Shown here piece by piece: positions 15,876 to 24,000 of a stretch of 24,000 nucleotides of DNA. The position numbers were made by a program, and so were the translations under genes. How positions within the stretch are numbered: the first letter of the stretch is position 1; every line of letters begins with the position of its first letter. The notes below the pieces were generated by a model. That model had not been told where the DNA came from. It saw nothing but the letters and a program-made list of their open reading frames with translations, and made no database searches. This DNA comes from Balneolia bacterium. Lineage in GTDB: Bacteria; Bacteroidota; Rhodothermia; Balneolales; Cyclonatronaceae. The DNA lies in assembly GCA_022565795.1 (NCBI GenBank), contig JAIUMA010000009.1, forward strand, positions 1-24,000. The letters are read 5' to 3'.

Positions 15876-16488
15876 ATAGTCGGTCGACTCGATTTTCAGG
15901 CCAGAAACCTGGAAGATGATATAACTAAATAAAGAGCGAATTTCGCAAATATCGGGCAGGTCTCATGTTTAATGATCTTTAGCACATGTACCTGAACGGA
16001 TTATTAATCTAACCTTTCTTAAGGTACCATTAATTATACTCACTGAGGTAAGAATTATAAATATCACAGATTTAGGCAGTTATATTCCCTTTTTGAACGT
16101 ATAGCTGCTTTCATTCGTAATAAAAACCATCCTGTACCTATGGTGCGAGACAGATTTGCATCTGGATAGATGGCTGAACGCTCTTTTCCGGATCGCTGTT
16201 TTTTTTGGTGCTTAATAAGAAGTGATGAGATTTGCTCAGTTTACGGTATAAGTCCGCAAGCAGCGTTTTACTTTTAGTTTTTGATTTTACTCATGATGAT
16301 TATATTATCGAAATCAAGGTTCGCTCAAATAGAAGCATTTTTCAACGTCATTAACGCTCAAAAACAAGACAAACTCACGGCAGACCTTAGAAAATAACGG
16401 CAGTATAACATCAAATTGATAGCTGGTGCGACTGTGCGTAAGCGCAGCTATATACATTAGCATGAAATACCACTTAATCTGCTGCTTT

Positions 16489-16496
16489 TAAATTTG
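16489..16496 (+). promoter_or_regulatory. Bacteroidota-type -7 promoter box TAAATTTG upstream of the MltF-like gene
   Basis: Exact match to the TAnnTTTG consensus, ending 17 nt before the ATG at 16514. I did not see a clear -33 TTG. Confidence 0.35.
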
Positions 16497-16513
16497 AACG
16501 AACAATCCTGTAT

Positions 16514-18007
16514 ATGAATGTACTTCAGCGCTGGTTATCGCTTGCACTGATTAGCCTGTTCATCCTGTTTCTCGCTTTAAACTGTAGCGGAGAGCATGAT
16601 AAAGGGGGATCCGATGCGCGAAAAGCCTCTCAGGTCGACCTTGATTGGGATCATATTGTTGAGCGTGGCGTTATCCGTGCCATTACAAGCTATAGCCCCG
16701 TAAGTTATTTTATCTATCGTGGGCAGCCTATGGGCTACGAATATGAACTACTGAATATTTTTGCTGAACGTCACGGATTGGAAATGGAGATTCTCGTCGC
16801 TCGTGACCTCGATGAAATGATTGATATGCTCAACAGGGGGGAAGGTGATTTGATATCCTACGGACTCACTATCACCCGTGACCGTCGCGATATCGTGAAT
16901 TTCACCATACCCTTTAATACAACGCGTCAGGTTTTGGTCCAGCGAAAGCCGGACGGTTGGCGCCAGATGAGACTGCACGAAATTGAAAGAACATTGCTGC
17001 GATCACCTATCGAGCTGGCAGACGAAACCATAGTTGTTAGAAGAGCCTCATCCTATCTTGATCGCCTGGAGAATTTGCAGAACGAAATTGGCGCAGATAT
17101 AAACGTCCTGGAAGCCGAGCCAGGTTTCACAACAGAGCAGCTCATCCGAATGGTGGCTGAACGTGAGATTGATTTCACCATTTCAGACGAAAATATCGCT
17201 AGATTGAATCAGGCATACTTCCCCATTCTGGATATCGAGACGCCGGTTTCCCTGCCTCAGCAGACCGCATGGGCGGTAAGGAATACTTCTCCGGAGCTGC
17301 TCGGGGCCATAAACGAATGGTTGGAAGAGTATCAGCGGGATTCTGAGTACTATGTGATTTACAACAAATATTTCGAAAACACTCGTGCCTATCGTTCACG
17401 GCTTTCATCACAGCTGCTATTCTCTGAGGGCGGACAAATCTCAACCTACGATGACATCATTCAGGAGCACGCCGAAAAAATCGGTTGGGACTGGAAGCTG
17501 CTCGCGGCCCTTATTTATCAGGAGTCGCAGTTCAATCCGAACGCAAGCTCATGGGCAGGTGCGGTTGGCCTGATGCAGCTAATGCCCCGTACCGCGCAGG
17601 CTTACGGCGCTAACGACCCGACTGACCCGCGTGAAAGTATCGAGGCTGGCGTACGCTTTATCGAGTGGCTGCAGGATTATTGGGAAGATGAAATAGAGGA
17701 TCCGGATGAACGTCAAAAGTTTGTAATTGCCTCATATAACGTAGGGCAGGGTCATGTGCAGGATGCCCGACGTTTGGCCGCTTATTTTGGTGCTGACCCC
17801 GATGTATGGGATGATAACGTCGCCGTTTACCTCGAGAAAAAGTCCTACGAAGATTATTACAATCATGAGGTTGTGAGGTATGGGTACGCCCGCGGAGTTG
17901 AGCCTGTGCGGTACGTGAACAGCATCATGTATATCTACCAGCATTACCGGGCGATTGCCAATCTGCGCATCCCTGTGCCCGAAGAAGATCCGATAGTTCT
18001 TGATTAA
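16514..18007 (+). CDS. mltF: MltF-like membrane-bound lytic murein transglycosylase (SBP_bac_3 domain + SLT domain), probable lipoprotein
   Basis: 497 aa. Signal peptide ends ..FLALNCSG. The periplasmic-binding-like N-terminal half has GVIRAITSYSPVSYFIYRG. The SLT catalytic motif is LIYQESQFNPNASSWAGAVGLMQLMPRTA. Confidence 0.9.
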   Translation: MNVLQRWLSLALISLFILFLALNCSGEHDKGGSDARKASQVDLDWDHIVERGVIRAITSYSPVSYFIYRGQPMGYEYELLNIFAERHGLEMEILVARDLDEMIDMLNRGEGDLISYGLTITRDRRDIVNFTIPFNTTRQVLVQRKPDGWRQMRLHEIERTLLRSPIELADETIVVRRASSYLDRLENLQNEIGADINVLEAEPGFTTEQLIRMVAEREIDFTISDENIARLNQAYFPILDIETPVSLPQQTAWAVRNTSPELLGAINEWLEEYQRDSEYYVIYNKYFENTRAYRSRLSSQLLFSEGGQISTYDDIIQEHAEKIGWDWKLLAALIYQESQFNPNASSWAGAVGLMQLMPRTAQAYGANDPTDPRESIEAGVRFIEWLQDYWEDEIEDPDERQKFVIASYNVGQGHVQDARRLAAYFGADPDVWDDNVAVYLEKKSYEDYYNHEVVRYGYARGVEPVRYVNSIMYIYQHYRAIANLRIPVPEEDPIVLD

Positions 18008-18030
18008 GTCCGGGTAAAATCACCTTATAC

Positions 18031-18071
18031 AAAAAGAGCCGCTGCGGTTTCCCGCTGCGGCTCTTTTTTTG
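18031..18071. terminator. Bidirectional rho-independent terminator between the convergent mltF-like and usp genes
   Basis: AAAAAGAGCCGCTGCGG-TTTC-CCGCTGCGGCTCTTTTTTT. The stem has 12 pairs interrupted by one T-T mismatch, with an A-run upstream and a T-run downstream. Confidence 0.85.
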
Positions 18072-18093
18072 TTTAATATGGTTTTGTTGATGC

Positions 18094-19098
18094 TTATTCA
18101 GACTCAGATTCAGCTTTTTTCTTTACAGGGCGAATAGTGAGTACCGGAATTTCGGCGCTCATCATCACTTTTTCGGTGGTTGAGCCCAGGAACAGATGGC
18201 TGAGGCCACTTCGACCGTGTGTAGCCATAACGACTATATCCGACTCGGTATTGGCGAATTCAGCAATTTCGTAGTGTGCAGAAATCCCGCGCAGAATCAC
18301 AACGTTGAAGGTGATGGCACGGGTGTCGTCGCCTTCAGGGCGCAGGCGGAAAACGCCTTCCTCTTCAATAAGTCTCCATTTTTCGTCACCAAGATTATTT
18401 TCCTCAAGGTACTTCTGAATTTTCTTGACGATGGTTTTACTCATCGACTCGGTGTCGCCACGGCCGGCTTCTCCTTCACCCTTTGGCAGGTTCTCAAGCG
18501 GACTTCCATATAGTTCCATCACATGAAGCATGGTGATGGATGTGCCGAAGCTGGACGCCATGCTGGCCGCATAAGCGAGTGCAGAAATGGAAAGGCTCGA
18601 AAAATCAGTCGGGATAAGTACTCTGTTCACACCTTTTGGCGGGATATCTCCGTGGACGGTAAGAACGGGCACTTTGGAGTTGCGAATTACTTTTTCGGAG
18701 GTTGATCCCTTCAGAAGTTTATTCTTGTGCGAACCAACGGCTCCCATCACAATCATGTCGTACTTCTTCTTTTCGGCGAACTCGACGATTTGCTCATGAG
18801 GCTTGCGATCAACCTTTACAAACGTGTTGCCGCGAATCACCTTGGGAATGCTGATGTCGTGCTCGGCGGTAAGACGCTCTTTGGCGTTCGACAAAACCTG
18901 CGGATAGATATCTTTATCCATATCAATCGGGAGGCCGAGCTTTTTCACGCTTTCATTCAGGTACTTCAGAATTGGTATAACGTGGAGGAAATCAACCTCT
19001 CCGCCGAATTTGTTTGCCAAAGCTCGGGCGTATTTATACGCATCCTTAGAGCCGTCGGAAAAGTCAGTTGGAACGAGAATTTTATTGAGCTTCAGCAT
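18094..19098 (-). CDS. Universal stress protein with tandem Usp domains
   Basis: 334 aa. There are two UspA-like halves, each starting (K/R)(I/V)L(V/I)PTDFS and ending with G(A/S)xG...GS(T/V)(S/T)EKV(I/M)...PVLT(V/I). Confidence 0.92.
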   Translation of the reverse strand: MLKLNKILVPTDFSDGSKDAYKYARALANKFGGEVDFLHVIPILKYLNESVKKLGLPIDMDKDIYPQVLSNAKERLTAEHDISIPKVIRGNTFVKVDRKPHEQIVEFAEKKKYDMIVMGAVGSHKNKLLKGSTSEKVIRNSKVPVLTVHGDIPPKGVNRVLIPTDFSSLSISALAYAASMASSFGTSITMLHVMELYGSPLENLPKGEGEAGRGDTESMSKTIVKKIQKYLEENNLGDEKWRLIEEEGVFRLRPEGDDTRAITFNVVILRGISAHYEIAEFANTESDIVVMATHGRSGLSHLFLGSTTEKVMMSAEIPVLTIRPVKKKAESESE

Positions 19099-19174
19099 AA
19101 TAGATCCTGTGCAGGTAAAATCGGTTAATAGTTAAAATGAAGGTACACCATTGTTAGGATGATGGCATCTGAAA

Positions 19175-19192
19175 CGAAATCACGTGCTTTCG
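19175..19192. promoter_or_regulatory. 18-bp palindrome CGAAAtCACGTGcTTTCG upstream of the usp gene
   Basis: 16 of 18 positions are self-complementary around a CACGTG core, centred about 85 nt upstream of the usp start (19098). It is nested within GGCA...TGCC (19164-19200) and followed by T8 (19207-19214). Confidence 0.35.
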
Positions 19193-19325
19193 GTGCTGCC
19201 AGCTAATTTTTTTTACTGCGTTTCTAAACAGCGAATCACAAAAGCTTATACCAAAATAGAAGTTTCTGAACGCCTTCTGTAGTAGAAATGTACTAAATAA
19301 CTTTGAATTTAGAAATTGAGGGTAA

Positions 19326-20525
19326 TCAGCTTCTCCCGGGGCGGCTGGCGGCCTTTTTGCGGGAGACAAACCCCAGCAGCAATACGGCAATTAACCCGGC
19401 CAGCATCATAGTATAACCGTTGTACACAGACTTCTTGCCGTCAGAAAGTCGCTCATCGGCGGGGGCCAGATCCAGAGAAGGTACGAAAGGTGTACTTGAG
19501 ATCAGGGCATTTTTCACCACGACTACTTCAACCATTTGCTCGCTTTCCGGAGCCTCAGGATTGACGACATCACCCAGCACTAAAAACTCAGGTACGCGTT
19601 CAGATGGCGTGCTCTCAGCAGCCATGGCGGCCAGCGGACTGCTCACGCTCACAATCTGAGGCCGCTCAGATTGTATAAACTCCCGGTCCTGAAAGGGCCA
19701 AATGATGTACAGCGAACCGGCCATGAAGCCAATAAGCAAGCAAAGAGTAACCAGATAGTACTTGCTTAGCAGCCAGGATAAAACGCGTGAAAATGCAGCA
19801 AGACCGACAACAATCCCAATCCCAAACGGAATAAGAATCATGATGGCGTCTATGGTTTGAGGCGTGCCCAGCTGACCAATAGCGCCGAGAATGGTATCAT
19901 ATTTTCGCATAATCAGCAGCAAAAAAGAACCCGATATCCCGGGAAGAATCAGCGCTGAAATCGAAATTGAGCCCGTAAGCACCAAAAATAATGGATGATC
20001 TGGTGTGTCGGTAGGTACCAGATTCACTACCCAGTAGCCGAAAAGCGTACCTGTTAACAAAGCGATAAAAGCCCGCAGGGTGAAGCGGCCCAGATCGAGC
20101 GTAAGCATAACTACCGATCCGAGAATGAGACCGAAGAAAAGACCGTAGATTAACTCAGGATGGCTGTACATGTAGACTGGCAAGGGCACCACTCGCGTGA
20201 AGAAAAGAAGCGCGGCAAAAATACCAGTAACCAGTGTAAGCCCGAATTTCCAGTGAACCTGCGAAAAAACGCCCTTCAGGTTGAACTTTAGCAGATAGGT
20301 TATGGCAGCACCATTTACGCTTTTGATTGCGTCGAGCATCCGCTTGTAGATTCCCAGAATCAGGCCCATAGTGCCTCCGCTCACGCCCGGGACTACATCG
20401 GCAGCACCAAGTACGAACGCCTTGCTGAGAAGCAGGGGAACTTCACGCAGCTCGGTGTAGTCTTTGTCGTCTTCCAGCACTTGATCATTGGCCGGAGTCG
20501 TTGTCTCTTCTGATTGCTTTGTCAT
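19326..20525 (-). CDS. DUF368-family polytopic membrane protein (PopT-like candidate polyprenyl-phosphate transporter) with a long hydrophilic segment before the last TM
   Basis: 399 aa. It has duplicated DUF368 signatures, VPGVSGGTMGLILGIY and LPGISGSFLLLIM, and multiple hydrophobic helices. Residues ~278-370 are hydrophilic and are followed by a final TM, YTMMLAGLIAVLLLGFV. Confidence 0.88.
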   Translation of the reverse strand: MTKQSEETTTPANDQVLEDDKDYTELREVPLLLSKAFVLGAADVVPGVSGGTMGLILGIYKRMLDAIKSVNGAAITYLLKFNLKGVFSQVHWKFGLTLVTGIFAALLFFTRVVPLPVYMYSHPELIYGLFFGLILGSVVMLTLDLGRFTLRAFIALLTGTLFGYWVVNLVPTDTPDHPLFLVLTGSISISALILPGISGSFLLLIMRKYDTILGAIGQLGTPQTIDAIMILIPFGIGIVVGLAAFSRVLSWLLSKYYLVTLCLLIGFMAGSLYIIWPFQDREFIQSERPQIVSVSSPLAAMAAESTPSERVPEFLVLGDVVNPEAPESEQMVEVVVVKNALISSTPFVPSLDLAPADERLSDGKKSVYNGYTMMLAGLIAVLLLGFVSRKKAASRPGRS

Positions 20526-20604
20526 CTGGATAAAATTCCCGGCTCACGAAATTGAGCTAGGGGAATACAAATAAAGTGAATAGGTTGATTGCCGGCCGCT
20601 TCCA

Positions 20605-21267
20605 TCATCCGCCGTTTTGCCATCCGTCTTTACCGATAAGAGGCACGAACTTAAAGTCATCAAAAATCTCTTCGCGGAATTCATCGCCATGGCGCGTAAT
20701 CCGGTGCATAGCCTGGGTGTGCTCATCACCAACGGGAATCACAAGACGTCCGCCGTCGTTCAGCTGGCTGACCAACGCGTCTGGTATTACAGGAGCGCCG
20801 GCGGTAACAATTATGGCATCATACGGTGCGTATGCGTTCCAGCCCTGCGTACCGTCTCCGCACTTCATCATGATTCGCAGACCGGCTTCATGCAGGATGG
20901 CTCTGGCGCGGTCGTAAAGCAGCCTGTGGCGCTCGATACTGTACACCTGTGCGCCCATGGCAATAAGAACAGCAGCCTGATACCCGGAGCCGGTGCCGAT
21001 TTCAAGAACTTTTTCGCCGGGCAGAATGTCGAGAAGCTCCGTCTGGCGCGCAACGGTATATGGCTGAGAAATGGTCTGCTTCATATCGATGGGCAGAGCA
21101 GAGTCCTCATAGGCGCGGTCGGCAAATGCGGTATCAACAAACAGATGCCGTGGTACGGCTTCTATGGCTTTTAATACCGCCTCAGATTTGATGCCTTTAT
21201 TTCGCAGTGTGGTCAGAAGTTTTTGTCTTCTGTTGCGGTATTTATGTTCGTTGTAGGAATGAAGCAC
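20605..21267 (-). CDS. pcm: Protein-L-isoaspartate O-methyltransferase
   Basis: 220 aa with a GTG start: AVPRHLFV, QTISQPYTVARQTELL, VLEIGTGSGYQAAVL, YDAIIVTAGAPVIPDALVSQLNDGGRLVIPVG. Confidence 0.95.
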   Translation of the reverse strand: MLHSYNEHKYRNRRQKLLTTLRNKGIKSEAVLKAIEAVPRHLFVDTAFADRAYEDSALPIDMKQTISQPYTVARQTELLDILPGEKVLEIGTGSGYQAAVLIAMGAQVYSIERHRLLYDRARAILHEAGLRIMMKCGDGTQGWNAYAPYDAIIVTAGAPVIPDALVSQLNDGGRLVIPVGDEHTQAMHRITRHGDEFREEIFDDFKFVPLIGKDGWQNGG

Positions 21268-21472
21268 AAACAGCTGTTAAGAAAGCGTTAGCGTTAAGGC
21301 TGGTTAAAGACTACCAAAGATAGCTATTTTCGTTAAGCATTGCCTGTATCAAAAAAAAGAGACACGCTTTTCTGAAAAACTTCTCAAAGAACGTTTCAAA
21401 CTATTTCAATGTAATGTCGTACACTGTGAACAGCCGGCAAAGCAAACCGGGGCAGAGCAACCAAAATAACCT

Positions 21473-22321
21473 ATGATGATGGCTGAAGAAGCAACTACAG
21501 AGAAGCAGCAAATACAACCGCTTATCCTAAAAGGCAAGGGAGATGAGCGCCATTCTTTCCGTATTCCTGCCGAGGCCTGTAATCTTTTATCCGATTTTAA
21601 CGGTGATGTTTCAGCGCCCGATGGAGAGCATATTGAAATCTCGGATAATATCATCCGCTATCTTAAGGGTTTGCCGAAGGGAATCACCATGGCACAGCGC
21701 AGCAATTTTCTGCCGCCTACAGCTCTGTTTTATGAAGACACCTGGCGGCGCAGGTCGATTGGATTTCTCTCCGGCGAAAACTTCTCATTTGAGAATGAAA
21801 AGCAGCTCCTGCTTAGCTGGACCGGGCCGTTCAATCAGGGGTTGGTACTAGACTTGGGGACATCAACCGGTTTTTATGCACGGGCGCTTGCCGGAGCCGA
21901 AAAGAGTGCTGAGGTCGTGGCAATCGACATTTCCGAGCCCATGCTTAGTGAAGCTAAAAAGAGATGCATAGCCGATGGGGTGAGCCTGTACCTGCTCAAA
22001 GCTGACGTAAGCGAACTGCCGTTTTATGGTAACTCAGCCGGACTGATAGTTTGCGGCGGCAGCCTGAATGAGTTCAGCAATCCGGAAAAAGCACTCTACG
22101 AAGCAAAGCGCGTTTTGAGTCCGGACGGTCGATTGTTCATGATGCATCTGCTCAGAGCAGACACTTTCGCTGGCAAAATGGCTCAGAAAGCATCCGAAGC
22201 CGGAGGTATTTCATTCTGGACCGAATCAGAATCAGAGCAGCTTTTCAGCCGGGCCGGGTTTGAAATCGAGCGCCGCCTGAAAATGGGAGTTGTGATGTTC
22301 AGCCTGCTGAAACCTGTTTAA
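21473..22321 (+). CDS. Class I SAM-dependent methyltransferase (Methyltransf_11-like), substrate unknown
   Basis: 282 aa: VLDLGTSTGFYARAL (motif I), VVAIDISEPML, ADVSELPFYGNSAGLIVCGGSLNEF, VLSPDGRLF. The ~115-aa N-terminal region is unassigned. Confidence 0.85.
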   Translation: MMMAEEATTEKQQIQPLILKGKGDERHSFRIPAEACNLLSDFNGDVSAPDGEHIEISDNIIRYLKGLPKGITMAQRSNFLPPTALFYEDTWRRRSIGFLSGENFSFENEKQLLLSWTGPFNQGLVLDLGTSTGFYARALAGAEKSAEVVAIDISEPMLSEAKKRCIADGVSLYLLKADVSELPFYGNSAGLIVCGGSLNEFSNPEKALYEAKRVLSPDGRLFMMHLLRADTFAGKMAQKASEAGGISFWTESESEQLFSRAGFEIERRLKMGVVMFSLLKPV

Positions 22322-22360
22322 AGGAAATCAGCAGGCGTAACATAAACTAAACTGGGTTTG

Positions 22361-23995
22361 CTACATTTTCTCCGGCGCGCTGATGCCGAGAATGCGCAGG
22401 CCGTTGGCAAGCGTAGTTCGCGTTGCTTGTAGCAAAGCTATGCGGGCGCGGGCAATCGGCGCGTCTTCGCCCATGATGCGGCAGTCGTGGTAGAACTTGT
22501 GGAAGTGACCGGCTACCTCGTTCATGTAGGTAATCAGCCTGTGGGGTTCACGGTGTTGTGAAGCCAGCGCGATAGCATCCGGAAACTGGAATACCTGCTT
22601 GATGAGAGCAATCTCAGACTCGTGCGTAAGCAGACTGAGGTCCGGGGTCTGCTCCATATTATACTCTTCAGAAGCCTTCACCATAATGCTGTGGATACGC
22701 GCATGGGCGTACTGCAGATAGAATACCGGATTCTTTTCTCCGGCTTCCTTGGCTTCGGCAATATCGAACTCTAGGTGCGTTCCGGGCGTACGCATCAGAA
22801 AGAAGAAGCGGGTGACGTCTGGCCCGACCTCGTTCATAAGCTCGTCCAGCGTTACAAAGTTTGCCTTACGTGTGCTCATTTTAAACGGCTGCCCGTCTTT
22901 CACGATGGTTACAAACTGATAGACCTGAACATCAATTTTTGAGGAGTCGTAACCGAGCGCTTTTAAGGCCGAAACGACATCCGGGTAGGTCGCAATATGA
23001 TCAGCTCCAAAAATGTCGATACACAGATCGTATCCACGCTCTAGTTTTGAAATATGATATGCAATATCCGGCAACCTGTATGTAGGCTCGCCGGTACTTT
23101 TGATTAAAACGGTATCTTTCTCTTTTCCGAACTCCGTGGTCTTGAACCATGTCGCCCCGTCTTTGTCGTAGGCAAGTCCTTTGTCCCTAAGTCGCTGTAC
23201 AACCGAGTCGATAGACTTGTCTTCATAGAGTGTGTTCTCATTGAAAAACTGGTCCATTCGGATGTTCATGCGGTCGAGCGTGTTGCGAATGTCTTCAAAT
23301 ATGGCCTCTTCAGCAGCCTGCTTAAACTGCGGGTTGTCGGGCTGCGTGTTTTTCAGCTTGTCTCCGTTCTCATCAATCAGCTTTTGGGCAATGTCTGCAA
23401 TGTAGGCGCCTTCATAACCGCCTTCGGGCAGCTCGGCGTCTTCGCCAAGTAGCTGCAGATAACGGGCTCGTACGCTTTCACCAAGCACGCGCATCTGGCG
23501 ACCCGCATTGTTGAAGTAGTACTCCCGGTCCACATCGGCACCGGTCCACTCGAGCAGTCGTGCAATCGTGTCGCCCAGTACGGCGTTGCGGCCGTGCCCC
23601 ACAGTGAGGGGGCCCGTGGGGTTAGCGCTCACAAACTCAACCTGCATTTTCTTTCCGGAGTTGCCCGTCGTTTTGCCGTAATCGGAGCCGAGTTTGATAA
23701 CCTCTCCAAGCTGATCGAAAAGCCAGTTGTCGGCATATCGGAAGTTGATAAATCCGGGCCCGGCAATCTCTACGGCTTTAATTTTTGATGCATCGTAGTC
23801 CAGATTTTCGATGAGCTGCTCAGCAATTTTACGCGGCGGCATGCGAAGGGTTCCTGCCAGAGTCATAGCCAGGTTGGTGGCGGCATCACCGTGCTCGGGA
23901 GTGCGCGGCTTTTCAATAATAATATCGGGCTTAACGGGCTCCGGACTAATTTTGTCGAGCGCGTTTTGAAGAATGTTTTGTAAATAGGATTTCAT
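22361..23995 (-). CDS. argS: Arginine--tRNA ligase
   Basis: 544 aa: FVSANPTGPLTVGHGRNAVLGD (HIGH-region equivalent), GADHIATYPDV, FKMSTRKANFVTLDEL (KMSK-like), YLQYAHARIHS, and a DALR-type anticodon-binding C-terminus. Confidence 0.97.
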   Translation of the reverse strand: MKSYLQNILQNALDKISPEPVKPDIIIEKPRTPEHGDAATNLAMTLAGTLRMPPRKIAEQLIENLDYDASKIKAVEIAGPGFINFRYADNWLFDQLGEVIKLGSDYGKTTGNSGKKMQVEFVSANPTGPLTVGHGRNAVLGDTIARLLEWTGADVDREYYFNNAGRQMRVLGESVRARYLQLLGEDAELPEGGYEGAYIADIAQKLIDENGDKLKNTQPDNPQFKQAAEEAIFEDIRNTLDRMNIRMDQFFNENTLYEDKSIDSVVQRLRDKGLAYDKDGATWFKTTEFGKEKDTVLIKSTGEPTYRLPDIAYHISKLERGYDLCIDIFGADHIATYPDVVSALKALGYDSSKIDVQVYQFVTIVKDGQPFKMSTRKANFVTLDELMNEVGPDVTRFFFLMRTPGTHLEFDIAEAKEAGEKNPVFYLQYAHARIHSIMVKASEEYNMEQTPDLSLLTHESEIALIKQVFQFPDAIALASQHREPHRLITYMNEVAGHFHKFYHDCRIMGEDAPIARARIALLQATRTTLANGLRILGISAPEKM

Positions 23996-24000
23996 GGAAA

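Noticed and set aside
16170-16397. Micro-ORFs in the long spacer (16170-16277, 35 aa; 16293-16397, 34 aa)
   Set aside because: No start context, no terminator and no recognisable sequence features. They are mentioned only as things to test with ribosome profiling.
18196-19128. Series of plus-strand ORFs (105, 60, 70, 133 aa) antisense to the tandem-USP gene
   Set aside because: The USP domains are clear on the minus strand. The plus-strand ORFs are fragmented across frames and featureless.
20617-21174. 185-aa plus-strand ORF antisense to pcm
   Set aside because: pcm on the minus strand is fully recognisable, and the plus-strand ORF has no motifs. It is a shadow ORF.
1-24000. Search for tRNA, rRNA, tmRNA, transposase, integrase or prophage genes
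   Set aside because: I found no T-loop-like GGTTCGAATCC cloverleaf candidates or rRNA-like stretches, and no ORF with transposase or integrase motifs. The accessory islets lack visible mobility genes.

Overview
The window looks like chromosomal DNA from a T9SS-bearing FCB-group bacterium (Bacteroidota/Balneolota-like), judged from a type-A T9SS C-terminal sorting domain, a GH97/GH13 pair and a TAnnTTTG-like -7 box. Most of it is recognisable housekeeping or carbohydrate genes. These are GH13 alpha-amylase-family enzyme, HI0933-type flavoprotein, GH97 alpha-glucosidase, pyrF, rnhA, tsaD, MltF-like transglycosylase, tandem-USP protein, DUF368 membrane protein, pcm, a class I SAM methyltransferase and argS. 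Four stretches are not ordinary. (1) A 527-bp non-coding 5' region holds two ~95-bp repeat units sharing an identical 19-mer, plus a phased CGCGAAGG triplet. (2) A small AT-rich toxin-antitoxin graveyard at 3.5-4.75 kb sits between the alpha-glucan genes. It has a HigB/Gp49-like toxin with an apparent 1-nt frameshift, an intact XRE antitoxin and mazEF-like stubs. (3) A vapBC module is wedged tail-to-tail into the 3' end of rnhA, with a tandem palindromic operator candidate. (4) An AT-rich regulatory islet at 13.6-16.5 kb holds two divergent paralogs of a short AraC-type regulator. These flank a cupin gene and a terminator-bounded 39-codon Lys-rich micro-ORF, separated by unusually long intergenic spacers. 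A 1034-aa T9SS-secreted beta-helix-like protein is the largest uncharacterised gene. I found no CRISPR array, tRNA/rRNA gene, transposase or integrase, and no convincing novel multi-gene system. The AraC-cupin islet and the 5' repeat region are the best leads, and both remain hypotheses. All family assignments come from motif recognition by eye, with no database search.
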